Notes: a model not told the origin generated them from the letters alone. Counted from the stretch's first letter, positions 49,601-62,843 are shown. The stretch: 64,000 nucleotides of DNA from Felis catus (GCF_018350175.1 NC_058368.1:192078001-192142000); one strand, 5' to 3'. Numbers and translations: made by a program.

Positions 49601-51524
49601 TAACAATGCATTATAGAGATTTCTATACTTTTATATCTGTTTTGATCTTTATGACAGACTTGTGAATTTTGTATGATAGACTATTTATCTCCCTTCCCCA
49701 AAGTGGCATTTAAGAAAACCGTAATGCTGAGATTTGTCCAAAGTCTTATAGTACATTATGGCTAAGGCAAGTCCAGACCCAACTGCTCATCTTGCAATCC
49801 TCACCTTGGTTGAGGTTGGCAAAGTGATGACTCTCTGCCCTCTCTAATCCATAGCAGGCATTACTAATCAACCACTGCCCTCCATCCCACCTTATTTAGA
49901 AGCCACTATCAATGGATGTCAGGTTAAACCTAAGAGTTGAAACCTATTTGCCTTCAGTACACTAACCAAGCTCCCTCTGTAAATTAGGGGGCCCCTCGTG
50001 AAAAGCAATGCAGAGTGAAAACTGCTGCTTGAGACGGGAGGATGAGCATTAGATGAACACAGGAATGTGAGCTAGTGGGACAGTAGATAGGATACATTTT
50101 GAATTGCATATTCTATAGTTGCCTGAGAGTCATAAGATCTGGGTTTAATTTTCCTCTAGTTGCTGTAGGAAGCAGGGATGAATCATTGTCACCACCATGA
50201 AATATTCAACTGTTACATGCAAATGGTTGTTAATTACATCCCCTGCTTCCATTAAAAAGGTAAATGACTATATCAACCTCTCCCTGGGTGACCAGTATGT
50301 ACATATTCCGCCTTTAATCCCTCCATGGAAACATCTAAATGGTGCTTTTTACAATCAACCCAGCTTTAAGTGCAGCACCTTTAGAGGTGATGTGCTAACA
50401 CTGAAATAACATCTTACATAAACTCAAATGATCCTCAGTTATGGGGAAACAAATGTAGGTGCATCTCTTAGAATCTTACTTTTTTGGGTGATTCATTCTC
50501 ATTCCTAATTTAGCAAAAAATGCTAAATAATAATAAAACTGATAACATACCTGAAGAGGTGAGTCATCCAACATCAACAGATCATTTCCCATTAGAAAAT
50601 GTGCATCCATTAGATGCACTGACTGTATCTTTCGTATTTTCACCCCCAAAAAAAAAAGCTTTTAAAAGAGATGCTTCTTAAATTAGCACTTAGCAGAAAT
50701 AAAACTCTTTATTATTTGCTGGGTAACTGGAACAAAAATAGAAGTATGCATAGATCCAAAGATTGATGACTTCCCCAGAATTCCAACCTAAATAAAGGTT
50801 GTTGAGATCATCTGTATCTGAGAACATTCGCCTTTTTAATTCTGCAAAGAAGTTTCCCGACAAAAAGTCTATAAACTTGGATTAAACCCTTTCCCCTATA
50901 CTGCCTCATCTCTAATCTGTTTCTAAACTGAGCAGAGGGGCCTCAAGATGGGTCTACAACTTGAGATCACTGGGTCTTTTCCCATCTAATTTACTCTGAA
51001 AGCAGATTGTATTCTCAGGCACCTGTGGCCAGGTACATCTGATAATTTGCCCCTCTTGTTGGATGGAGGTCACTCACTTCAACTTTCACTATGACCTCCT
51101 TTCCCCAGATTAGCCTTGAAGGCATACATCTGGTACATTCTGGACATCAGCAGGCCTTGCACTTTTACTCTTCTGGCCAGTCCTCAAACTCGACTTCTCT
51201 AAGTTGGTCATAAGGACTAGAATATACTTAGCACAGTCCCAAGAGATATATGGATGTCCTCTCATAAGAACCCGAAGTATGAGGTATATGATAAGGTAAT
51301 CCCCAGTTTACAAATGAGGAAACTGAGGCATGAGAGAGATTAAATAATGTCTTTGAAGTCTAGTAAATGGCAAAGCCTGGATTAAAGCCTTCTGTCCCAA
51401 ATTCTACGTAACCTTGCCTCGCAGCCATAGACATTTCATTCAGATACTCAAGGAAATGACAGAGATGGTGGAATCCATCATGGTCTTCCATCCACCCATG
51501 TCATTGTGCTGAACCAACCAAACA

Positions 51525-51689
51525 TTTTTTTTTTTAATCTTACTTGATTTGAGAGAGAGAGAGAGAGAGAGAGAATCTTAAATAGGCTCCACACTCAGCA
51601 CAGAGCCAGACATGGGGCTCGATCCCATGACCCTAATCACTGAAATCAAGAAATGGATGCTCAACTGACTGAGCCACCCAGGCCCCCCC
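51525..51689 (-). mobile_element. CAN-SINE, short form
   Basis: poly-T, (GA)n, ends CTGAGCCACCCAGGCCCCC. Confidence 0.9.
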
Positions 51690-51844
51690 ATTGTGTATAA
51701 CAGAGGGAAAGTAATTTGAGGTGCTCACCTCCTTATACAAAAGCTAAAGTCACCAGAATCTAAATATCAGAATCTAATATCTGAACCTAAAACATCAAGG
51801 AAGTGATTTTTTTATTACCAAAAATGCTTAAAATGAAAACATCA

Positions 51845-52355
51845 TGAGCATTTTTATTTTGGTGGCCCAGCAATGAAATTCTTTCCTGTGTTTGGGCAAT
51901 TTCCTCCACTATAAGCATCCTGTTACGAGGCACAGCCTGAAAATGTGAAGCTTGCCTTCCCAACCTTCTTTGAAGGCAGGATATGGGACATGGTCTAGGC
52001 CCATCTGCTCCAACAGTCCCACCTAGGACTTTGAAACAGCAGCTACGGGTGTAGAAAAGCCGCGATTGTGAAAAATCCCTCCTGCAGGCAAGTGGTAGCA
52101 AAAACTACCACATTCTCAGGGGAAGCAGGGTCAGTGGTGTTGGTGCATTAGCCACAACCATACAGGTCTGTGGTGTCCAGGGGCAGGGACAGCAGCCTTG
52201 GGGACTCGCCAGGTTAGTTCTGTGGCTGCAATTCTAACCTTAGTTCTGGCTCCCCAGTTCTGCAGGCTTTCAGGCCACTGCGGGGATTTCTCTATGCTCT
52301 TTCAATACATTTCTTCTCCACTTGTAACAGTCAGTTTTCATTGCCTGCTCTGACT
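51845..52355 (+). mobile_element. ERVL solo LTR (LTR33-like)
   Basis: TTCCTGTGTTTGGGCAATTTCCTCCAC, GGACTTTGAA, CAGTTTTCATTGCCTGC. Confidence 0.65.
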
Positions 52356-52918
52356 AGACCAAGAAGGCAGAAGTCTAGGATCACAGATGTCTCAATTCTG
52401 CACAACCCCTCACCAATCATCTCACTAGAGGGGAGGGGAAGGGATAGGAGGATCTAATGTTATGATAAAATCCAGAATCTGAAATTCCTCTACCTATAAA
52501 TGAGATTATCTATCTACGAGTGAAAGTCGACTCTGAAATAATTTATTTGTACTTGGCCACTGCGGCTAAATTTACCACGCCTGCAAATGCCCCCAAACAA
52601 TTCAAGTCTTTTCTTAGAAGTATGGAGCTGGACCCCAGCAAAGACCACAGGATTCGCAAAAATACAAAATATCCTGGAGAGCGGGATAATATTAAATAGA
52701 TTAAAGAGAAAATATTCAACTGATACTAAACAAGACAAGGAAACTAATCTAAACAAGGCAAAGAACTTTCCTATGTGAAGATGGTTTTTGTGAAAGAGAA
52801 CATTCTTTAATCATCAAGTGAATAAAAGCTGAAATATGCAGGATGTATAAGTCCCAGTGCTTTACTCTCTATGACTCTGCACTTTCAAAGCAGCACACTT
52901 ATGTGGAGTGAGTTTTCA

Positions 52919-53140
52919 ATTTTTTTCTAATGTTTATTTATTTTTTTGAGAAAGTGAGAGAGACAGAGACAGTGTGAGTGGGGGAGGGACAGAGAGAGAG
53001 GGAGACGCAGAGTTAGAAGCAGGCTCCAGGATCTGAGCTGTCAGGACAGAGCCTGATGTGGGAGCTTGAACTTAAGAACCATAAGACCATGACCTGAGCC
53101 GAAGTCAGACACTTAACCAACTAAGCCACCCAGGCACCCC
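52919..53140 (-). mobile_element. CAN-SINE (SINEC)
   Basis: TSD GTGGAGTSAGTTTT (52903-52916, 53143-53156). Confidence 0.95.
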
Positions 53141-53619
53141 AAGTGGAGTCAGTTTTAAACACGTACATGCTACAAAATGATGGTTAAAAGTTTTCCACAC
53201 AAAAAATGTATCCCTTAAAATTCCTAGCTTCTTATGATTTTATGCCCAGTAAGATACCCACAGATATCTGTTTCCACAAGCTATAATTCATCAAATATTT
53301 TCTATGTATTAAGCTTTTGGCCAAGCCTACAAATGCAGACAAATATCAGGTCAGTCCCAGTCCCTTGTCCCTTGTCCCGTGCTGTTTCGGAAGTGGGATC
53401 ATGAACAAATACCCACAATACAGTGTGAAAGAGCTAACAATGGGAAATAAAGCATGACAGGAACATGGATAATGGAGGAGCTGCCTGGGAGATCCCAGAA
53501 AGGCAAGGTATATTTCCTCAAACCTCAAAGGAAAAAATAGTGTCAAGGTGACTCTTCACTAATAAGTAATCAACCTTGTCATTCTACATGCTACAGGTGC
53601 CTACACCCATTTCCTCCAT

Positions 53620-54100
53620 CTTCATCACAATGCAATTTCCTTTATCACCACACCCTTGTGTATAATGGAGGGAAGGTAATTCCAGGCCCCCACCTCCCAA
53701 TACAAAAGCTGAAGTCACCAGAACCTTCCCCCTCGCCCTGCCCCTGCTCTCAAAACAGCCAGGGAGCAGATCCACAGCCTGTGCTTAACCAGGTAGACCT
53801 TCTTCTGGGACTTTAAGTTTAGAACAACATCTAGACTGTGGAGTCCTTCCCTCCCTGCAGAGAAGGAAGAGTTGATGGTACATCAGCCTCTTATTGCCAC
53901 AAAGCATTGATGTTGTTCCTACTGCCCAGGCTTCTTGAGTCCTGCTTGGTTCCTGCCCTTTCCCAAAGCTGTTCCAACAGCCTATCTTGTAACCTGAGAA
54001 CTTCCCATAGTTTCTCATATAGAATCCAGTTCCCATAACCTTCCAGTAAATTCCCATTTCCTTAAGTAGCTGGAGTCTACAACAAAAGATCCTTTGCAGC
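53620..54100 (+). mobile_element. Old MaLR LTR (MLT1K-like)
   Basis: TTCTGGGACTTT, GGTTCCTGCCCTTTCCCAAAG, AAATTCCCATTTCCTTAAG. Confidence 0.5.
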
Positions 54101-55284
54101 TGGACCTGTTGTGGAAGGCTCGAGAGCCCACCAAAGCTTTCCCTGGTTCGGGTCACATCCGCCATGCCAAAGACTACCAGCCATTCTTCCTTCCATTGCC
54201 ACCTTTACACTCCTCTTATCTTTTGTCCTCCGTCTCAAGGGTTCAGCAGTTCAACTCCTCACTTGAAAATCTACAGCCTCAAAACCCAAGAAGTTCTTTC
54301 ACATGGGTATTTTGGGCCATATCTAGCCACTGGTTAAGGATGAGCCATGCATACACCCTCCCAAGCCTTTGAAAACAGTTAAATATAATGTTGCAGGGTC
54401 AGCCACATATAGATTACTGAGCTGGAAAATGATGTTAGACCTCAAGTATCCTTGCTCCAGTGTTGTGGGTGATTAAGCTGAAAGTGCTGCCACGGCTTGA
54501 AGGATCAATTAAACTGAAGGTATGGAATAGAGTATTTATCTCCACAACTTGTTCTAGAAGGTGCTGAGGGCTTACTGTCCATACAAGTCGCCGGTGGAGC
54601 TTCATGCTCAGTCTCCAAGCACAAAACGAATGTACTAATGGCAGAGAGTTATTGCTGAGAATAATAAGCAGTTACTACTACCATCTATCAAGTGTTTCAA
54701 GAGGGCAGGGACTGAATCCACTTTGTTCATGGCTGAATCCCCAAAGCCTAATGCACTGGAGCAAGTGCTCACTATGGATTTTTTGATAATCAGTGAATGT
54801 CCGGTGTAGGGCTAAGCACTTTATCCACATTATCTCATTTAATCCTCTCAACAATGTGGCAGGCATCATTCTCCATCTGCAGCCAATGTGACATCGGAGT
54901 CTCTGAGAGGTTAAGCAACGAGGGAGTAATGGAGTCAGGACTTGAATCCAGACTCAGGCTACCCCAAGGACCAAGTTGTGAAGCACGATGCTGTGCTGGC
55001 ATGCCCTACACTGCCCAAACCCCACCACAAAGGAGCTACTGCCCAATGGAAAAGGCAGAAATGGACAGCACTGTTACTGCAGCCCCTTGAGCAGGACAGG
55101 ATTAAGGAATGAGTCACAGGCAGCGCCCACCACTGCTTCACTGATTTCCATTTTCTAGGTTTGTTCACTTGATATCCATTCATCACACTGCTGGAAACGG
55201 GATATTCCTACCACACAATTAGGTCATTTCATTCTCCCACCTAAAACTCTTCCACGATCTTGCCACTGCCCGTAGGAGAGAGTC

Positions 55285-55710
55285 AGCAGCCTTGCTACTC
55301 AAAGTGTGATCCGTAGAGCGGGGGTGCCAGTAGCACCTAGAAAGAAGCTTGTTAGAAATGCAGAATCTGGGGTGCCCGGATGGCTAAATCGGTTACCCAC
55401 CTGACTCTTGGTTTCGGCTCAGGTCATGGTCTCACAATTCATGTAATTGAGCCCCGCATTGGGCTCTGCACAGACAGTGCAAAGCCTGCTTGGGATTCTC
55501 TCTCCCCTTCTCTCTCTACCCTCCTTCCCCGGCTCACATGCAGGTGTTCTCTTGCTCTCTCTCTCTCTCTCTCTCAAATAAAATAAACTTAAAAAAAAAA
55601 AAGAAATGCAGAATCTCAGGTTTCACTCCAAACCTTCTGAATCCAAATCTGCATTTTCACAAGATCTCCAGGTGATTCATAAACACATTAAAGTTTGAGA
55701 AGCATGGATC
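55285..55710. mobile_element. MER5A fossil nested in L2 and interrupted by CAN-SINE
   Basis: GCTACTCAAAGTGTG...GCTTGTTAGAAATGCAGAATCT|CAGG...TGCATTTTCACAAGATCTCCAGGTGATTC...AAGTTTGAGAAGCA. Confidence 0.88.
55369..55601 (+). mobile_element. CAN-SINE (SINEC)
   Basis: perfect 15-bp TSD AGAAATGCAGAATCT (55354-55368, 55602-55616). Confidence 0.96.
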
Positions 55711-56668
55711 TCAAGTCTTTAAGGAAATTTTCAAGGTCATATGACCTGGCTACCTCTACAGCCACATTTCCTATCTATCACACCTCACACTCAAGCCTCT
55801 CTGAACATGTCCATGTTTCTTGCATGTGCCAATTCTTTCCATGCTCCAGTGTTTCCCACATGCCGTCTCTGCCCTTCCTATGCTCCTTTTGTATTAGCAA
55901 CGCCTTCCTCGTTCCTTCAGCCTTAGCTTAAACAGTACTCTTTTCTACAAGCCATCCTTGCCCATCACCCACCCCACCCCCAGCCTTAGCTACTTTACAT
56001 GCCCCTGCTGTGCATGCTCATAGCCCAGTGCCATATCCATTTGCAGTTGTGGGTTAAGTTGTATCTCTCTCCAACAAAACAAGACGAGGGATCAGGTTTG
56101 TCCTGGTTCTCCTCGTATCCCTAGTGCCTAGAGCAGTGCCCAGATAAAGTATTGGATGAAATCAATCACTCAACCAAAAAACGATGTTCAATTTCCTAAT
56201 TATACTGTCATCCAGCCTACATTTCTGCCTCTAGATCCCTAAAATTGAAAAAAAAGGAAAGACGCATGAAATCTATTTGAACAGCATTTCTCTCCTTATT
56301 GACTTTTGTAAGGAATCAATAATAGAGGTGACTGATCGCTGAGGCCAACACACACACGCATGCTCACCTACACAAAATAACAACAATTATTCATTCAGAA
56401 AAAGGGAGAAGGAATTTATACACTCAAGTCAACAGGTCTAGGTGAAGGAGCATCAGAAAAGAAAATTAAGTCCCTGCAGCATGTGCTGAGTCATGAAGGT
56501 ATCGTGGGAAGACCTATGGAGTTCAAGAAGTAAGGAATGGGGAGGCAAGGAAATATTTAACACACAGGGAACAAACACAGAAGTGTTAGGGGTTTCTCCA
56601 GTGCCATTTGTCTCTAACTTTCTTAAGAGCTCAGTTGGACTCTGGGGAGCAAGTGAAAAATCAGAGAA

Positions 56669-56881
56669 TTTTTTTTTTCAACGTTTATTTATTTTTGGGA
56701 CAGAGAGAGACAGAGCATGAACGGGGGAGGGGCAGAGAGAGAGGGAGACACAGAATCGGAAACAGGCTCCAGGCTCTGAGCCATCAGCCCAGAGCCCCAC
56801 GCGGGGCTCGAACTCACGGACCGCGAGATCGTGACCTGGCTGAAGTCCGACGCTTAACCGACTGCGCCACCCAGGCGCCCC
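56669..56881 (-). mobile_element. Young felid CAN-SINE
   Basis: CpG-rich, flanking duplication AGAGAATTTTTTTTT. Confidence 0.97.
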
Positions 56882-57327
56882 AAAGAGAATTTTTTTTTAA
56901 CTTGTGACAAAACCCAGCCACAGAGAGGTGACATTCAAGTGGCAGAGTACGGAAGATGTCTCACACTCATGGTGACAACCTAAATCATCGCTTTTTCCCC
57001 AATCCCAGTAAGGTCCCGAATTTATACCATTTTGCATAAATCTATCCATGAATTAACATAAAGTTACTGACACTTTCACATAACAGAAATAAATTAAATT
57101 TTCGTCAAATACAGCTAGGAAGGGACACCAAGGTTGCGTGAGAGAAAGGAAGCTTACTGACTTCAAAACTTTCAGCAAATGCAAGACACCAGCCTGTGTC
57201 AGGCTCCAAGTCTGCTACGGACTCCTTCCAGCGCTGGGAGGGGTGATAAGCCCGTGGCCAGCAAGCCGCATGTCCCTCTTCCTCAGGTACCACTAATGCT
57301 CTCATCACTCTTACCAGGATGTGACTT

Positions 57328-57987
57328 TTTTTTAAATTTATTTTAATATGAAATTTATTGTCAAATTGGTTTCCGTACAACACCCAGTGCTCATCCCAAC
57401 AGGTGCCCTCTTCAGTGCCCATCACCACTTTCCCCTCCCTCCCACCCCCCATCAACCCTCAGTTTATTCTCAGTTTTTAAGAGTCTCTTATGGTTTGCCT
57501 CCTTCCCTCTCTAACTTTTTTCCCCCTTCCCCTCCCCCATGGTCTTCTGTTAAGTTTCTCAGGATCCACATAAGAGTGTAAACATAGGGTATCTGTCTTT
57601 CTCTGTATGACTTATTTCACTTAGCATAACACTCTCCAGTTCCATCCACGTTGCTACAAAAGGCCATATTTCATTCTTTCTCATTGCCACATAGTTGTCC
57701 ATTGTATATACAAACCAGATCTTCTTTATCCGTTTGTCAGTTGATGGACATTTAGACTCTTCCCATAATTTAGCTATTGTTGAAAGTGCTGCTATAAACA
57801 TTGGGGTACAAGGGCCCCTATGCATCAGCATTCCTGTATCCCTTGGGTAAATTCCTAGCAGTGGTATTGATGGGTCATAGGGTAGATCTATTTTTAATTT
57901 TTTGAGGAACCTCCACACTGTTTTCCAGAGTAGCTGCACCAGTTTGCATTCTCACCAACAGTGCAAGAGTGTTCCCATTTCTCCACA
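57328..57987 (-). mobile_element. Felid L1, 5'-truncated (copy F)
   Basis: ORF2 C-terminus (57559-57939); perfect 15-bp TSD ACCAGGATGTGACTT (57313-57327, 57988-58002). Confidence 0.97.
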
Positions 57988-58597
57988 ACCAGGATGTGAC
58001 TTCTGAAAGCTCGTCCACATCACGTACTGGGCAGCCACCTTTACTTGATCAGGATCAGCATTCAAAATGACCCTTCTTTGCCTATACTCACTTACAACAC
58101 AGTGCCCTTCTTAAATTAAGCAGATTTTTCTCCCTTCTTCCCATGTAGCTGCACGTTTGGCTCAAGTCCTGTGATCTATCAACCAAAGATTTAGATTTGA
58201 ATCAAAGTGCCCTTTCCATGCATATCTTGAACATAGAGGCCTTCTCTGAATCAAGTCAAATGTTAATCCATTTAATGCCTTCCTTTTTATTGTGCTTTTA
58301 ACTTTTTTGAAAGCATTCTAAATTGCATTACTATTTCATTTTCAGAAAATCCCTGTGAGCTAAGTTAAGCAAGTAGTATTAGCTCCAAGAGAACGAAGGC
58401 CCAGAGAGTTGAAATGAATCACAGAAAATCACCCAGCGGGTGAAAGGAAAAACTGGGTTGCACATCCAGGTTACCTCGCTGTCACTCCACACCCTTCTGT
58501 GGCCAACGCCACACTGCATCCTATTCATCTACATCTCCCAGGGTGACAGAGCCTTAGCTTCAAGATATAATGCTTCCTCCCTTAGCCCCACTGGAGC

Positions 58598-59251
58598 TCA
58601 CACACACATGTGCATGCACACGCATACACACTTGCACACGTGCATGCGTACGTATACATACCCACTCATGCAGACCAGGATACATACACGCACACAGAAA
58701 GAGATACACAAAGATGCATCTGCACTTATACATATACTCATGCGGAACAGGATGTACTACACACAGAAACCTACACACAGAGGGGCACCTGGGTGGCTCT
58801 GTTGGTTAAGCATCCGACTCTTGATTTCAGCTCAGGTCATGATCTCCCAGTTTGTGGGATCAATCCCTGCATAAGGTTCCATGCAGACAGCGTGGAGCCT
58901 GTGTGGGATTCTCCCTCTCCCTCTGTCTCTGCCCTTCCCCCACTTACACTCCCTCTCAAAATAAATAAACAAACTCAAAAAAAAAAGAAAGAAACCTACA
59001 CATAGAGATATCCACAAAGAAAGAGATACATACACATGTACACACACACTTTAACAGAGAGTGAGAGAAAGACATACAACGAGAGATACAGAGGCACAGA
59101 CTCAGAAGGGCACACAGAGAGACACAAAGAGATGCACACACATAGATGCATACAAACAGACACACAAAGAGACACACACAGGGACACATACACACATAGC
59201 AACCCACACACAGGCACTTACAAACACAGACACAGAGGCAGACACATACAG

Positions 59252-59285
<34 letters not shown>

Positions 59286-59290
59286 ACTAA
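58598..59290. repeat. long degenerate CA/GA-rich simple repeat
   Basis: direct reading; pure (CA)n at ~59253-59280. Confidence 0.9.
58782..58989 (+). mobile_element. CAN-SINE inside CA-rich tract
   Basis: TSD AGAAACCTACACAYAGA (58765-58781, 58990-59006). Confidence 0.95.
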
Positions 59291-60318
59291 ACACTAAACA
59301 CTTTCATTTCATAGGCCCAGGTTAGAAAATCCCATTTTTCTGTGGGACTTTACCAATGTGAGTCATGGAGAACATCACAGTCCCTGACCTTGTTCCATAA
59401 AAATCAGGCCTCCCTCTGTGAGCTCAGTGATAAGAGCATGTTAGATGGGATATTATGGCTCCTAGCAGAACTTAGCAGTGGCCTGTGGAGATCTGTACAG
59501 CACTCATGCACTTATTAATCAATCATTTATAACCTAGTCCTTGTTGAAATATTCTCAGAGGCTGTTATACTTATTATGGGGAATCAGAGATGCATTGTCG
59601 CTGTCACATTGGGTTCTCATGACCCCATCTGGGGGCCAGATCCCTATTGGAACTGTCACATTTGCTTTAGGAACACGCTATTTGTGCCATCATCTGATTT
59701 CCCAAGAACAGAGTCATTTGCTCTTGGTACTAAAAATTGTAATGGATCTCTGTGGAGTGGTAAGGGGAGAGAAGGACCAAATACAAGAGTGAGAAAATTG
59801 GAGAGCAGGCAAGAGTAATAAAGACTTGTAAGTGTGGTCTTTTTGGGGGGTCTTAGTCTATGGAAATAATAAAAGCCATCTTTATGTTCTTTCTTCTATG
59901 CTTCCTAATTGGGCCAGACTATCCTTACTGGAAGTTTACACAAACACTGTCTGTCACTCACCCAAATCCATTCTCTCCTGAGGCCCTTCTGTGGTGGCAG
60001 AACCCCAGGTTGAGGAATATTTGCCTACATCCATGAGACCTGATGCACAAGAAAAATTATCTTATCTTTAGCCCAGGAGGGGTATATCTTGACTTGGCTG
60101 AGCTGATTACAGCTAATTATGTTCTTTTTGGTAATGGCTGACCTGGGAAGGGACATTTGACACAATTCTGGCCACGAGACATGAGAAGAAGCCTGTTGAT
60201 GGAGCCATTGGAAAATGTTCTATTTTTCTGCCTCTGGAGGTTGACGCATAAGATCAGGATGTGTAGAAATGTCACTGCTCTCTTAACAGCCATCAGGGGA
60301 ACTAGCTCACATGTTGAG

Positions 60319-60900
60319 TGTGGAGTGGAATTTTTTTTTTAATGACTGAAAATTCTTTGACATTCCTCTCAGAAGAGATGATATCTATGCAATCTTTTCT
60401 GGAACCCAGGAGGGCTTTTGAATACTTCAGCCAATAGAATATGATAGGAGTGACACCAGGTCATAAAAGGCCATGCAACTTCTGCCTATTTCTTTTGAAA
60501 CAACCTCTTGGCATGCTCCTTCTGAGGAAAGGCATTCACCATGTAAGATGTCTGACTACTCTGAGGCCATCATGCTAAAGAAGCCAAGTGTACATTTTCC
60601 AACTGACAATCTCAGCAAAGGTGTCCTCCAGCATCCCAAGTTTCCAGCCATCTCGGACATGGGGTTTCCAGCCCCTGCTGTCCCAGCTCCAAGCTGTGAG
60701 AGTCACCTTCCATTGTTTAAGTCACCTCCAGCCTTTCATGGGACCCAGCTGAAGGCCCAGAATCATGGAGCAGAAAAAAACCATCCCTGCTATGCCTTGT
60801 CAAAAGTCCCAACCCACAGAATCCATGAGCATAATAAAATGGATTTACACACCACTACATTTTGAAGGAGATTGTTCAGGGAGCAAAAGTAACTGAGACA
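60319..60900 (+). mobile_element. MLT1F/G-like MaLR LTR
   Basis: AAATTCTTTGACATTCCTC, GGTCATAAAAGGCCATGCA, CCCACAGAATCCATGAGCATAATAAAATG, ends AACTGAGACA. Confidence 0.8.
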
Positions 60901-61046
60901 AAGGGCAAAGTAAAAAGATGGAAAAACCTGTCTCCTTGATGGCAACACCAAGTGGCTAAATTAACCAACCCTGGAACTGCCTTGTCTCTGGACTGCTGGT
61001 TATGCAAGCTAATTACTTTCTCTAGAGTTTAAGCCCTTTTAAATGG

Positions 61047-61454
61047 TGTATTAGCCTGCTGAGGCTGCCATAAGAAAATACCACAGATCGGGTATCTTAA
61101 ACAACAGAAATTTATTTTCTCACAGTTCTGAATGCTGGAAGTCAAAGATCAAGATGTTGGCAGGGTTAACTAATGACACCCCTCTCATTTTTTACAAACA
61201 GCCACCTTCTTGCTATGTCTTCACATGGCCTTTCATCTATGCACATGTTTCCCTGGTGTCTCTCTCTGTGTGTCCAATTTTCCTTTCTTACAAGAACACC
61301 AATTAGATTGGATCAGGGTGCACCATAATGACCTCAATTTAACGTAGCATTTCAAAGACTCCATCTCCAAATCCAGTCACATTCCAAGATACTGAGGGTT
61401 AGACCTTCAAAACATACATTTGGAGGTGGGGGGAACACAATTCAGACCATAATA
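61047..61454 (-). mobile_element. MLT1A/B-like MaLR LTR
   Basis: TGTATTAG..GGCTGCCATAA..AACAACAGAAATTTATTTTCTCACAGTTCTG; 5-bp near-TSD AATGG/GATGG. Confidence 0.88.
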
Positions 61455-62843
61455 GATGGGCCCCTTGCTGCTAAAGTCATCTTTAGAAATAAAATGAAAT
61501 AAAAGTAAATTACACCTACTTAAGCAAATGATGAAAAGCTCGAGAATTAAAGAAAGAGCAGCATGACAATCCAACTTCGGGAATGTCAGTGACTAGGACG
61601 GGGTTCGACGACATGCAAACACACATTGCTTCTCTCTTTCACACATCTCTGATTCTCTCTGGGGTTTGCCTTCATTCTCTCCAGAGCTACCATGCTGAGC
61701 ATTACCTTACCTCTCTCACAGTGAAATACATCAGTCTCCCAGTGATTTATGGTCATGTTGAGGGGAATGAAGCTAGAACTGGCCGAGTTCCACACACCTG
61801 CTTAGGGAGAGCAGTAAGACTCTCAGTGCTACATGAAAGGAGTAATCAAGGCTTCCCAGCTTCCAGAGCTGTCTACCATATGCCTGCCCACCTTTTGTTC
61901 CAGCATAAGACACGCTCCACTTTATGATACCAAGAGAAAGATGAAGCATGAAATCATATGATGAGAGTAGACATATGGTAGCCTCCCTGAAACTCATCAG
62001 AGAAAAGAAGGTAAAAACTACTAAAACTGAGGATTCTGCTATTAATGAGCCTAAAAACTCACTCACATATGGACTTTAAACTAATTGTCTCTCTTCAAAG
62101 CAAATAAAAACAAGGCAAAACAAACAAAAACCCTAAAACCTGAATTTAAATAAATGATGATGTGTCTACAAAAGAAACATTATACAGTCATTTCAAAAGA
62201 ATGCAGCATATCTATATGGAAACATCTTTAAGTACCCTGTAAAGATGAAAGCACAGTGCACAGTAGTATACATGGTATGCCACTATGGGAGGAGGGGGAG
62301 GAGTACTTATCTCTATGTTTTTAAATGTCTACATTATCACTGAAAAAGTACCCAATAAACTGGTAACGGTAGTTGCCTTAGCACAGGGGAACCAGAAGAC
62401 AGGCATGCTGAGTTAGAAGAGGGATTACTATACACCATTTTGCCAGTAAATTAGACACCGCAGAAGAAAATATTCATGAACTTAAATACAGCAATAGAAA
62501 TTATTCCAAATGCAGCACAGACATCATACTGGGAGCAACAAATGAACAGAGCATCAGTAACCCTGAAATAACTTTAAGCAGTCTAATCTATGTGTAATTG
62601 GAGTTCTAGAAGGAAGGAGAAAAGAAAAAGGTACTTAAAGAAAAAACAACCAAAAATTCCCCAAATTTGATGAAAACAATAAACCCACAGATCCAACAAG
62701 TTCAATGAACCCCAAACAAGAACACCAAGGCACATCATAATCAAACTGCCTAAAACCAATAAGGAGAAAAACCTTAACAGCACTCAGAGAACAAAAAGTA
62801 CATGAAGTACAAAGGAAGAAAGATAAAAATGATGGTTGACAGA

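Larger units (their letters stand above)
59945..61485 (+). mobile_element. MLT1J-like MaLR LTR, split into three pieces by two other LTRs
   Basis: CATTTGACACAATTCTGGCCA, AAAGATGGAAAAACCTG, TTAACCAACCCTGGAACTGCC. Confidence 0.7.

Noticed and set aside
58440..59297. Cluster of overlapping His/Thr- and Cys/Val-rich ORFs
   Set aside because: Translation of CA/TG simple repeat, which lacks stop codons.
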